64,000 nucleotides of DNA, from positions 1,389-65,388 of the forward strand of contig CAZAJO010000005.1 in assembly GCA_964485575.1 (NCBI GenBank), given 5' to 3'. Source of the DNA: an uncultured Gammaproteobacteria bacterium (lineage in GTDB: Bacteria > Patescibacteriota > Microgenomatia > Levybacterales > GWA1-39-11). Made by a program: the position numbers and the translations under genes. The notes beneath the pieces are model-generated. The model did not search any database. It had not been told where the DNA came from and saw only the letters and a program-made list of their open reading frames with translations. Shown here in pieces: positions 56,570-64,000 of the stretch; position 1 is the stretch's first letter, and every line of letters begins with the position of its first letter.

Positions 56570-58153
56570 ATGTTTAAATTAGTATTTTCGGGAAAACTGA
56601 GAATTATCCTAACTGTTTTAATTGTTGCCTTCTTGTTTGGTGTACTATACAAACTCTATATCCCAAGAATAAATGCTTTTGGATGCTTTGATGACTGCTT
56701 TAACATAGTCGGTGGTTATTTCATTTTGGGTGGAAAAACACTCTACAAAGATCTTTTCTTCAACCACCAACCGGGAATGGCTATATTAAGTGCTGCCATT
56801 CAAGCAATTACTCATCCTGATTCTATCCCAGAACTGATACTTCGCCATAGACAAGTCATTTTTCTCATATCCTTTCTTGCCACCTTGATCATTACAATAA
56901 GGTTTGGCCTGTTTTTCATACTTTTTTCTATTCTTTATGAGTTAACAAAATTTTATGTATTCGGTGATAGATTTTTGGCAGAGGGAATAGTTGGATACTT
57001 TCTGATTTATCAACTTGGAGCAAATCTTGAAAAAATGCTTTTCAAAAAAGTTCACAAAATAGATATCTTCCTCATACCAATGTTTACGTGGGCGGTGATA
57101 TTTTTACGTGAACCTTTTACGCTTGTTACGGCAGTATTGTTTGTATCCTACTTTTTTTCAACCCCAAAGCTTGTAGATAAGGAGGCCAAAACATATTTAG
57201 CAGCTTTTGCGATTCCAACAATAATCACCCTACTTTGCACATATCTTCCCGGTTATTTCTTCAATATGGTGACGGTCAACAAAATAATTCTTAATTCCGA
57301 ATCACAAGGACAACCGCTACCTGTCAGACTTATAAAAAGCCTACTTTATCCTTTTTATCTTCTTGTTGGTAGTGAAAACTGGAATTATTTCAGGACAATA
57401 ACTGCTTCTTTTTCAATCTTTTTCATAGTCACATCGGTTGTATTTCTGAAGTATCTAAAAAAACCATTTGTGTTATTTCTTATTATTGGTATTCTTGCGT
57501 TATCTAACCTAAGACCCCCCGTTGCCAATCAAACGTTCTATGAAAGTTTTCATATTGCACCATGGTATGGACTTCTGATTTTTTCAATTATTTTTCTTGT
57601 GAAGACAATCAATCTCAAATCCAAAAAAATTGCTTTAGCACTTGTAGTTTTTATCTTACTGTTCGGTGTTTATATAATCTCAGACCTTAGATATTTTGGA
57701 TACGAAAAAACGGATCTTCAAAATGAATTCTTCACAAATTACAGTGTGGTCATGGGAAGAGGAACAATTATTAGAGACCTTTCAGACAGTAAAAGCACTC
57801 TCTTTCTTGATGACTATGACGATCTTGTATATTTTGAAGCAAAATTGACGCCTTCCTACAAATACAGCTGGTACACATCCTTCATGAATCAGGTACCAAA
57901 ATACATCGATGCACGGGAAGAAATGTTTATGAATTATCCTCCGGATTTTTATTATGGAGACTGCAAAGGTGGCCAAGGTGTTTTACCGACTTACATCAAA
58001 AATAATTATCTTGAAGTGTTTGAAGGAGAGAATGTGACATGCATTCATGTTTCAAAAGACAGAATCGGAAAATTTACTGACAAACAGAAGGAATTGACAC
58101 ACACAATCTACTCCTTAAGAGAGAGTACGAAAGCTGCAACGCTAAACAATTAA
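56570..58153 (+). CDS. GT-C-like polytopic membrane protein, opposite strand to the locus
   Basis: FDD, LYKDLFFNHQP, multi-TM; own TATACT 6 nt before ATG. Confidence 0.7.
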   Translation: MFKLVFSGKLRIILTVLIVAFLFGVLYKLYIPRINAFGCFDDCFNIVGGYFILGGKTLYKDLFFNHQPGMAILSAAIQAITHPDSIPELILRHRQVIFLISFLATLIITIRFGLFFILFSILYELTKFYVFGDRFLAEGIVGYFLIYQLGANLEKMLFKKVHKIDIFLIPMFTWAVIFLREPFTLVTAVLFVSYFFSTPKLVDKEAKTYLAAFAIPTIITLLCTYLPGYFFNMVTVNKIILNSESQGQPLPVRLIKSLLYPFYLLVGSENWNYFRTITASFSIFFIVTSVVFLKYLKKPFVLFLIIGILALSNLRPPVANQTFYESFHIAPWYGLLIFSIIFLVKTINLKSKKIALALVVFILLFGVYIISDLRYFGYEKTDLQNEFFTNYSVVMGRGTIIRDLSDSKSTLFLDDYDDLVYFEAKLTPSYKYSWYTSFMNQVPKYIDAREEMFMNYPPDFYYGDCKGGQGVLPTYIKNNYLEVFEGENVTCIHVSKDRIGKFTDKQKELTHTIYSLRESTKAATLNN

Positions 58154-58689
58154 AAAAGAGGTAACCCCGGGTAAATAACTTTGAGTTTGCTTTTTTCAAT
58201 ATTTAATAGTTTGCCTGCATCATTTTTAGTTGAATCTGAAATACAAAATATTAAGTCACTCTCCTTCTTGACCCAAGAGAGTTTTTTCTTTTGCACATTT
58301 ATTATTTTCGCATCTGTCTCCTTTGGAAATTTATAGATGATTAGATCATAAAGAATTGTTGCTTTTTTTGCTTTTTTTGTCGGTGGTTCAGTCCAGTCTG
58401 AAGTAATAAATAAATCAACAGGTCCGATGAATGATTCTATCGGGAACTTATGGATGTTATTCCACATAAGATTGAGAGCTGCAGGTGGGAATCTAAAAGT
58501 TTTTAATGAAACGTTTGGGTTTTTCACAAACTCATCAACTGAGGGCGGTACACTCCTTCTTAAAGACGAAAAAAATAATACATATTCATTACCATTCTGT
58601 CTGATAAGCTCACGAACCAGATTTTCTAAATAGTTAGCAACGCCGGTGTTTGAATATGCTAATTGGCTTACATCAATTCCTATTTTCAT
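58150..58689 (-). CDS. GT4 N-terminal domain only
   Basis: IGID..TGVANY..YDL..ISDSTKND..VIYPG then stop; no EGFG domain. Confidence 0.7.
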   Translation of the reverse strand: MKIGIDVSQLAYSNTGVANYLENLVRELIRQNGNEYVLFFSSLRRSVPPSVDEFVKNPNVSLKTFRFPPAALNLMWNNIHKFPIESFIGPVDLFITSDWTEPPTKKAKKATILYDLIIYKFPKETDAKIINVQKKKLSWVKKESDLIFCISDSTKNDAGKLLNIEKSKLKVIYPGLPLF

Positions 58690-58700
58690 ATTAATTAATT

Positions 58701-58732
58701 GTTAACAAGTTAAAAAGTTAAAATGTTAACGA
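58701..58732. repeat. Degenerate octamer array at 3' end of four-helix-bundle gene
   Basis: gttaacaa gttaaaaa gttaaaat gttaacga; contains the gene's stop. Confidence 0.85.
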
Positions 58733-59115
58733 GTGGAAAATTCTCCATCACTTTTTTTTGCTTGTAAATATCTTGCAAATTTACCTATCATACTAGAAAG
58801 TTTTACAAGCTGATCACTTATAGCTAAAAATTCCTGCTCAGTAATATATCCAATTTCCTTACTTATATATAATTGAGTTCGTAGTTCGCCACATGAACCT
58901 TTTGCTATTCTCAAAAAATAAATAAATTCGTTATTATTGTTTCTCTCAAATCCCTCGGTAATGTTTGATGCTACTGAAACTGAAGCTCGTCGAAGTTGAT
59001 CAGTCAAACCGTAATCTTTTATAAATGGTGCTTTTTTTGTCATCTTATAAATTATTACAGCTATCTCAGTGGACAGTTTCCAAATCTCAAGTTCTTCAAA
59101 TTTGTGTACTTTCAT
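58726..59115 (-). CDS. Four helix bundle protein (23S rRNA IVP / Avd-like)
   Basis: FEELEIWK, YGLTDQLRRASVSVASNITEG, FLRIAKGSCGELRTQL. Confidence 0.93.
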   Translation of the reverse strand: MKVHKFEELEIWKLSTEIAVIIYKMTKKAPFIKDYGLTDQLRRASVSVASNITEGFERNNNNEFIYFLRIAKGSCGELRTQLYISKEIGYITEQEFLAISDQLVKLSSMIGKFARYLQAKKSDGEFSTR

Positions 59116-59128
59116 AATCTAATTAATG

Positions 59129-59188
59129 TAACCCTTTAACCCTTTAACCCTTTAACCCTTTAACCCTTTAACCCTTTAACCCTTTAAC
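59129..59188. repeat. Perfect tandem repeat (TAACCCTT)x7.5
   Basis: Seven exact copies plus TAAC, counted directly; overlaps stop of upstream gene. Confidence 0.97.
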
Positions 59189-60082
59189 GTTTATTTTACT
59201 GATCTTCCTTGTCTCTTTGTTGCCCAAGTATCCTAAGAAGTGCATTAATTCCACAATGATTGTGAGCCTTTGATATCGTCTCTTTAACATGAAATGCTCC
59301 CTATCCCCTACCTCTTCGTTCTCTTTCTGTTTTTCGGGGTACTTAAATGGAACAGTAACTGACACTACTCTTAACCCTTTAAAAAGGGCCTTAACGACAG
59401 GGAAAAATTGAGCATTTGAATATTCTTCAAGGTTGAATAATTTGTGCTCTAAGAGCGTATCAAATGGATTTGCATCGTAATGCGAAAAGAGATATTTCAA
59501 CTTCTTTGGGTCATTTTTAAATACCCGGGCTCCAAAAAAAACGTCAAGGTCCTCTGCGTGTGGTGATAAGAGTCCGTTTGCTCTCAAAGCTTCACTGTAA
59601 AGAAGATTTGCCTCAACTTCTGATTCAAACATGTAAGAGGGGTAGGTTTTTTTGAAGAGTGTAACCTCCCGCCTTGGGATAACCAAGTCAGCCTGATCAT
59701 TCAATACGGGGGCAACAATTTCTCTCATGCAGTCGGTCACGAGAGATACCTTTTCAATCTCTGTCATCACAATCGCTTTTACTCCAGGAATTTTTGATGC
59801 CTCAAAGATGGCCTTTCTCCTATTTGGCGATCTTTTAGGTATCTTCGCTTTGAAAAGCTTTACACCAGGAATTCTTTTAAGCTCTGCATAAAGAGTTTTT
59901 GAGCTTCCACCATCTACCAAAACGACCTTGTATCCTACCCCTGCAGCAAATTTTACAGAATATAAAATAAGGTCACCCCGAATCTTATCAGTGTGTTTTA
60001 TACTTTTCAGGGGACCGCTATACCATTTAGGTAGATATACAATACCAATCAAAGCAATTTCAGAAGGCTCAAAAGACTCCAT
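59168..60082 (-). CDS. Hypothetical protein, GT-A-fold-like
   Basis: VVLVDGGS, ADLVIPRR; C-terminus VKGLKG is encoded by the repeat. Confidence 0.55.
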   Translation of the reverse strand: MESFEPSEIALIGIVYLPKWYSGPLKSIKHTDKIRGDLILYSVKFAAGVGYKVVLVDGGSSKTLYAELKRIPGVKLFKAKIPKRSPNRRKAIFEASKIPGVKAIVMTEIEKVSLVTDCMREIVAPVLNDQADLVIPRREVTLFKKTYPSYMFESEVEANLLYSEALRANGLLSPHAEDLDVFFGARVFKNDPKKLKYLFSHYDANPFDTLLEHKLFNLEEYSNAQFFPVVKALFKGLRVVSVTVPFKYPEKQKENEEVGDREHFMLKRRYQRLTIIVELMHFLGYLGNKETRKISKINVKGLKG

Positions 60083-60085
60083 GTA

Positions 60086-60304
60086 TTAATGATACCGTTT
60101 TTTTATGAAGAAAAGAAGACTGGCAAGGAGAAAAAAGAAAAAGGCATACATAATAAGCCTTTGACCGGTAAAGAAAACCCAAAAAGCGAAGAAAGGTATA
60201 GAGACAATCAAGCAAATTATACCGGCCCAAACCAACCACTCATATCTTTGCCTATATAGTAGAAAAAGAGTAAATACAATAAACACGATATCCTGTATTT
60301 TCAT
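60086..60304 (-). CDS. Small membrane protein
   Basis: 72 aa, hydrophobic, 1-bp overlap with upstream gene. Confidence 0.65.
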   Translation of the reverse strand: MKIQDIVFIVFTLFLLYRQRYEWLVWAGIICLIVSIPFFAFWVFFTGQRLIMYAFFFFLLASLLFFIKKRYH

Positions 60305-61479
60305 TATTTTTCAGTGAAAATCTTGATAATTTCTTCTCTCTCAGAACGAGTAAGTTCTGCGTTGTTTCCAAAGTAAAGTCCCTGCTCATGAATTAATTTC
60401 GCATTTGAGTTCTGCTCTAGATACTTTTTCATATACTTACTGAAGAATGGTTGCTGAGCCATATCTCCCCCAACGATTGGTCTTATCTCGACTCTTTCAT
60501 TACACTTCTTAACAAGCTCATCTCTAATTTTTTGAGTCTTGCAGATAACTGGGAAGGCAAAATTTGAGAATGTATCCAGATGACTATATCTGACAGGGTA
60601 ATATCTCGGGTCTGAGTAAATTTTCTTTGCCAACTCCTTAAAATTGGACTCTCTCTTTTCTACTATTTCTGGCAAATATTTTATTTGAGTGTTTCCTACA
60701 AATCCATTTATCTCTGTCGGTCGAAGATTATAACCCAAATCATAAAAAGTGTACCGTGAGTAAAATGTAGAGTTGACTTTAAATTTATCCCTTATCTTCT
60801 GTTGTTTTTTTGAAGTTAAGTTCCTATCCCAACCATGAGCTCTAACCAGGCGTAATTGGTTTGCTAGGTTGTCATTGTCAGTGCAAATTGCGCCACCCTC
60901 TATAGTTGACATATGATGCCCAACATAAAAAGAGATAGTTGAAGCGAGTCCAAAATTACCAAGTCTAGTACCTTTGTAGACTGTTCCTAACCCTTCACAA
61001 TTGTCTTCAATAAGGATTATCTTATTTTTTTTGCAATAATCACGTATCCTATCTATATCATCGGTAAATCCCAACAAGTTTGTAAGAAAAATCATTTTCA
61101 ATTTATACTTTTTTAATGTTTCTTCAATTTTTATACTAGATACATTTAGGGTGTCTAACTCAACATCAATCGGAATTGCTGTTAGACCTAGTTGAATAAG
61201 AGGCATTACATTAGTTGACCAAGTAAGAGCAGAAAATCCTACAAGATCTCCTTTTTTCAACTTCCCTAAATTAAGCAGTGCCTGTATTAACGCTAGGTTT
61301 GCTGAGCTTCCTGAATTTACGAATATACAGTGTTTGCTTCCCTGATATTTAGCGAAATTTTCCTCAAATTTTTGACACTCTTGACCAAAACTTAAAAATT
61401 TTGCCTTTAAAATAAAATTTGCGAGCTTTTGCTTCGTCTCTCTTTCTTTATAGAATGTGGATTTGACTAATTTAATCAT
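60304..61479 (-). CDS. DegT-fold PLP enzyme, ColD/E1-type 3-dehydratase-like
   Basis: VNSGSSANL, EDNCE, SFYVGHHMSTIEGG (His at the usual Lys position), RAHGW; start ATG 61479. Confidence 0.8.
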   Translation of the reverse strand: MIKLVKSTFYKERETKQKLANFILKAKFLSFGQECQKFEENFAKYQGSKHCIFVNSGSSANLALIQALLNLGKLKKGDLVGFSALTWSTNVMPLIQLGLTAIPIDVELDTLNVSSIKIEETLKKYKLKMIFLTNLLGFTDDIDRIRDYCKKNKIILIEDNCEGLGTVYKGTRLGNFGLASTISFYVGHHMSTIEGGAICTDNDNLANQLRLVRAHGWDRNLTSKKQQKIRDKFKVNSTFYSRYTFYDLGYNLRPTEINGFVGNTQIKYLPEIVEKRESNFKELAKKIYSDPRYYPVRYSHLDTFSNFAFPVICKTQKIRDELVKKCNERVEIRPIVGGDMAQQPFFSKYMKKYLEQNSNAKLIHEQGLYFGNNAELTRSEREEIIKIFTEK

Positions 61480-63382
61480 TTTTTTTCTTGGTGAATTTAA
61501 CTGAAATATATACCAATCCAATAACAAAAGTACTGATACTTACTAAAAATAATATTGACACCCAGTTTTGTGGTTCATAACTAATTTCGATATTATAACT
61601 GTCATTATTAGGTATTACAAAGCTATTGAGCCCGTGATAAGATTTTGACTTGATTGTTTCAATTCCCGTTCTCATAATCCAATTGCTATCGTAAGTGTCT
61701 CCAAAAATTAAGACATCGTTTGATGAGGGAAGTATTGAAAGTCTATAAAAATTTGGATTGCTTGAAATTATCTTTATCCTTCCATTAGAATTTTCTTCAG
61801 CAAATCTAAAATGCTCTTCATAACCTTTTGTTTTGAACAGAATAATCGATCCAAAAGCTCTATCTTTTGTAAGGTAGGGAATCTTCTCAAGTTTTTCTAT
61901 TGAAAGATTGTATTGTGCCCTGTCAAATTTTCCATCGTCAACAAAAATCTCCCCCTCAGTGTCTGAAGGCACAACAATATATTTGACAGAAAGCTCTGAC
62001 AACCTTTGCTCCATGTTAGGATTTGATAGTTCGTGAAGCATCCCTTTCATACTTTGATCTTTAAATATCTCGCCTCTTCCGATTGCCGGATGGTTGTTTG
62101 AGAAATACCCGAATCTTTGGATTTGTGGAATCCACAATGTTCTATAAAACTCTGGCTGTTGAGTTATGAATTTCTTATACTGTATATAGTCTGAGGAGAC
62201 TGTTCTTAATTTAAATATTCCAGTTATTTTCCCTTGGAAAAGAGGGAAGGATAACACAATCCATAATATGGTGAAAGAGATAAAGACAATATTATTTGAT
62301 TTCTTTTTTAATTTTTTGAACTTGGAAAGTATTGAAACAAGATATTGAAGACCAATTGGTATGAGGAGTGCATAACAAAAAGCTATAGGAATATAAAATT
62401 TTGTAGGATCTCGAAACATGGAAAACCCGGGGACACTTTTTAGAAATTGAAGATATACAAAACCAAGAGGATCATTAACACCTTTTGCCAGGAAGATAAA
62501 CAACAGCAAAACAAGCGTTATAGTAACAATTTTTTTAGTTTGCTTTTTATTATTATTTAGTAATGAAACGAACGCTATTGTTGGAATTAGAATAAATTCA
62601 GGACGCATGAAATGTACCCTTCCAAAAATATTCTCCGGCCAATTCGGGTGAAGTAGAGAAATGGTGTTCTCAAGTTTTGCAAAACTGAAGAATGAAAAAT
62701 CATTGGTTGAAGCATAAATAGTAGGAGTGATCTTTGAACCCGCGTAATAAAGTAATATTGGCACTACCCAATATCCATGGGTTAAGAAAATCAAAATTAG
62801 TGGTAGCAATATCGTATATTTAAATGCCTTAAAGAATGCTTTTAGCTCTCCCATGAAAAGAAGCAATCCAAGCAAGATACAAGTTATAAAAAATATGCGC
62901 GGATCAAAAAGAAGTTGAAATGAAAAAACCAATCCAAAGAAAATAGAGTTTCTTAGGTCTGGTTTTCTTGCATTTTTAAGAAATCTAAAGACCACTAAAG
63001 GTACCATGCTATAGGAAAGTGCAACGCCTAATTGCCCCCCGGAAAAAACCATCAGGAAATAAGTGTTGCCAATATAGACAAGGCTAGAGATTATTGCAGA
63101 TTTTTTATCGCAGTCCCACAAAAATCTTGACAGTAGGTACATGGATAAAAAGCCAATAAGTATTGAAGGGATTATCCAACACAAAAGGCCTATTGCATCC
63201 CAAGAAAATCCAATCCTAGAAAGCAAGGAAGTCATATAGAGATATCCGGTTATCCAAAGCGTATTTAGCTGCGGTTGTCCTACTCCTGTATTAAGACTGG
63301 AATCCCATGCTGATGGAATGCCTGAGAAATTGATAACATTTTCAGGAAAGAAAAATCTCCAATCACCACCGGCTATATTCAT
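61472..63382 (-). CDS. YfhO/AftD-like GT-C membrane protein
   Basis: GGD, multi-TM, FRDPTKF, C-terminal YDSNW...GLNSF. Confidence 0.7.
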   Translation of the reverse strand: MNIAGGDWRFFFPENVINFSGIPSAWDSSLNTGVGQPQLNTLWITGYLYMTSLLSRIGFSWDAIGLLCWIIPSILIGFLSMYLLSRFLWDCDKKSAIISSLVYIGNTYFLMVFSGGQLGVALSYSMVPLVVFRFLKNARKPDLRNSIFFGLVFSFQLLFDPRIFFITCILLGLLLFMGELKAFFKAFKYTILLPLILIFLTHGYWVVPILLYYAGSKITPTIYASTNDFSFFSFAKLENTISLLHPNWPENIFGRVHFMRPEFILIPTIAFVSLLNNNKKQTKKIVTITLVLLLFIFLAKGVNDPLGFVYLQFLKSVPGFSMFRDPTKFYIPIAFCYALLIPIGLQYLVSILSKFKKLKKKSNNIVFISFTILWIVLSFPLFQGKITGIFKLRTVSSDYIQYKKFITQQPEFYRTLWIPQIQRFGYFSNNHPAIGRGEIFKDQSMKGMLHELSNPNMEQRLSELSVKYIVVPSDTEGEIFVDDGKFDRAQYNLSIEKLEKIPYLTKDRAFGSIILFKTKGYEEHFRFAEENSNGRIKIISSNPNFYRLSILPSSNDVLIFGDTYDSNWIMRTGIETIKSKSYHGLNSFVIPNNDSYNIEISYEPQNWVSILFLVSISTFVIGLVYISVKFTKKKND

Positions 63383-63387
63383 TTGAC

Positions 63388-63774
63388 TTATTTTTCTTCC
63401 TTTATTATTCTAATGAAATTAATGACAATTATCGAGAAGAATAACATATAACTGATTTGGGCAAATGTGTCGGCAACATCATATAGATGTAGGTATGACA
63501 AAGGCATCGCAAAGATAAGAAGAAGGAAGGCAAACTTAAGAATTTTTGTGACTCTTGGTTTTAGAAGAATTAGTAGCAATACAATCGACACTATAAGGGG
63601 CAAAGTCGGGATAAGCCCAAGCAATATACTTGCGTATGGAACGGACTTTAAAAGATAGGTCCCGCTAAAACCAACAATTACGATCAGTATTTCCGGTAAG
63701 AAAAGCCTATACCACGCGAATAGTTGTCTACTTTTTTTAAGAAATGAGTGGATCTTATTTTTTAACTTTTTCAT
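63388..63774 (-). CDS. Hypothetical membrane protein
   Basis: 128 aa, about 4 TM. Confidence 0.6.
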   Translation of the reverse strand: MKKLKNKIHSFLKKSRQLFAWYRLFLPEILIVIVGFSGTYLLKSVPYASILLGLIPTLPLIVSIVLLLILLKPRVTKILKFAFLLLIFAMPLSYLHLYDVADTFAQISYMLFFSIIVINFIRIIKEEK

Positions 63775-64000
63775 AGATAAGAAAAGCTAGTATGCTCAAA
63801 AGTGAAAGGCCAGAAATAATAAATCCAAGGGTAACCAGTCTCTGGGACTTATACGTTATACTCCCTGAAGCGTCTTTTCCTACTATCCATGCGTTTGCAT
63901 ATCCATTTGCCAAGAATTTTGCATTATTCCCAGTTGTTTCCCATTCTTTACTAAATGAGAATGGAAGCAATACTAACCCACTTTTTCCTTTCTCGTAGGA
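63755..64000 (-). CDS. C-terminus of a YfhO-like membrane protein (5' end outside window)
   Basis: Frame open to window edge; ANGYANAW plus terminal TM. Confidence 0.6.
   Translation of the reverse strand, partial: SYEKGKSGLVLLPFSFSKEWETTGNNAKFLANGYANAWIVGKDASGSITYKSQRLVTLGFIISGLSLLSILAFLIYEKVKK

Noticed and set aside
58726-59115. Diversity-generating retroelement
   Set aside because: Only the Avd-like fold is present; no reverse transcriptase and no TR/VR pair seen
59129-59188. Eukaryotic telomere contamination or CRISPR array
   Set aside because: Embedded in frame with bacterial genes on both sides and related to degenerate arrays elsewhere; no spacers or cas genes
53-63998. Numerous short ORF-track entries antisense or out of frame to recognised genes
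   Set aside because: No motifs, and they overlap well-supported CDSs
1-64000. Alternative genetic code (TGA=Gly), as in Gracilibacteria and Absconditabacteria
   Set aside because: Conserved genes are full length under code 11 and several end in TGA at expected positions

Overview
This is AT-rich, gene-dense bacterial DNA using genetic code 11. Gene content and style (reduced dcw cluster, alpha2-type glyQS, DUF4012, many ORFans, mostly SD-less starts) point to a Patescibacteria/CPR genome, probably Microgenomates; this placement is inferred, not from a search. Layout: (1) 1-13.9 kb, a minus-strand dcw cluster (mraZ-rsmH-ftsL-ftsI-murE-murC-murA-split glmU-mraY-ftsW-murG-ftsQ-ftsA) with no murF, murD, murB or ddl. 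(2) 14-36.6 kb, an accessory region with a defence-like block (GxxExxY, nuclease-DUF5655, zeta toxin plus an unannotated 51-aa ORF, a GIY-YIG/helicase/MTase R-M gene plus a half-MTase partner) and many single-gene units. (3) metK with a SAM-I/IV-type riboswitch, glyQS flanked by REP-like palindromes, and recO. (4) 41-64 kb, a surface-glycan locus. The most striking feature is a four-helix-bundle (23S-IVP/Avd-like) gene bracketed by a perfect telomere-like octamer array and an inverted degenerate array. The two arrays can pair in the mRNA through G-U wobbles, and related 'solo' arrays sit on stop codons at four other sites. Three CRP/FNR-like boxes lie at about -41.5 of predicted promoters. All product calls come from motif recognition by eye; no database searches were run.
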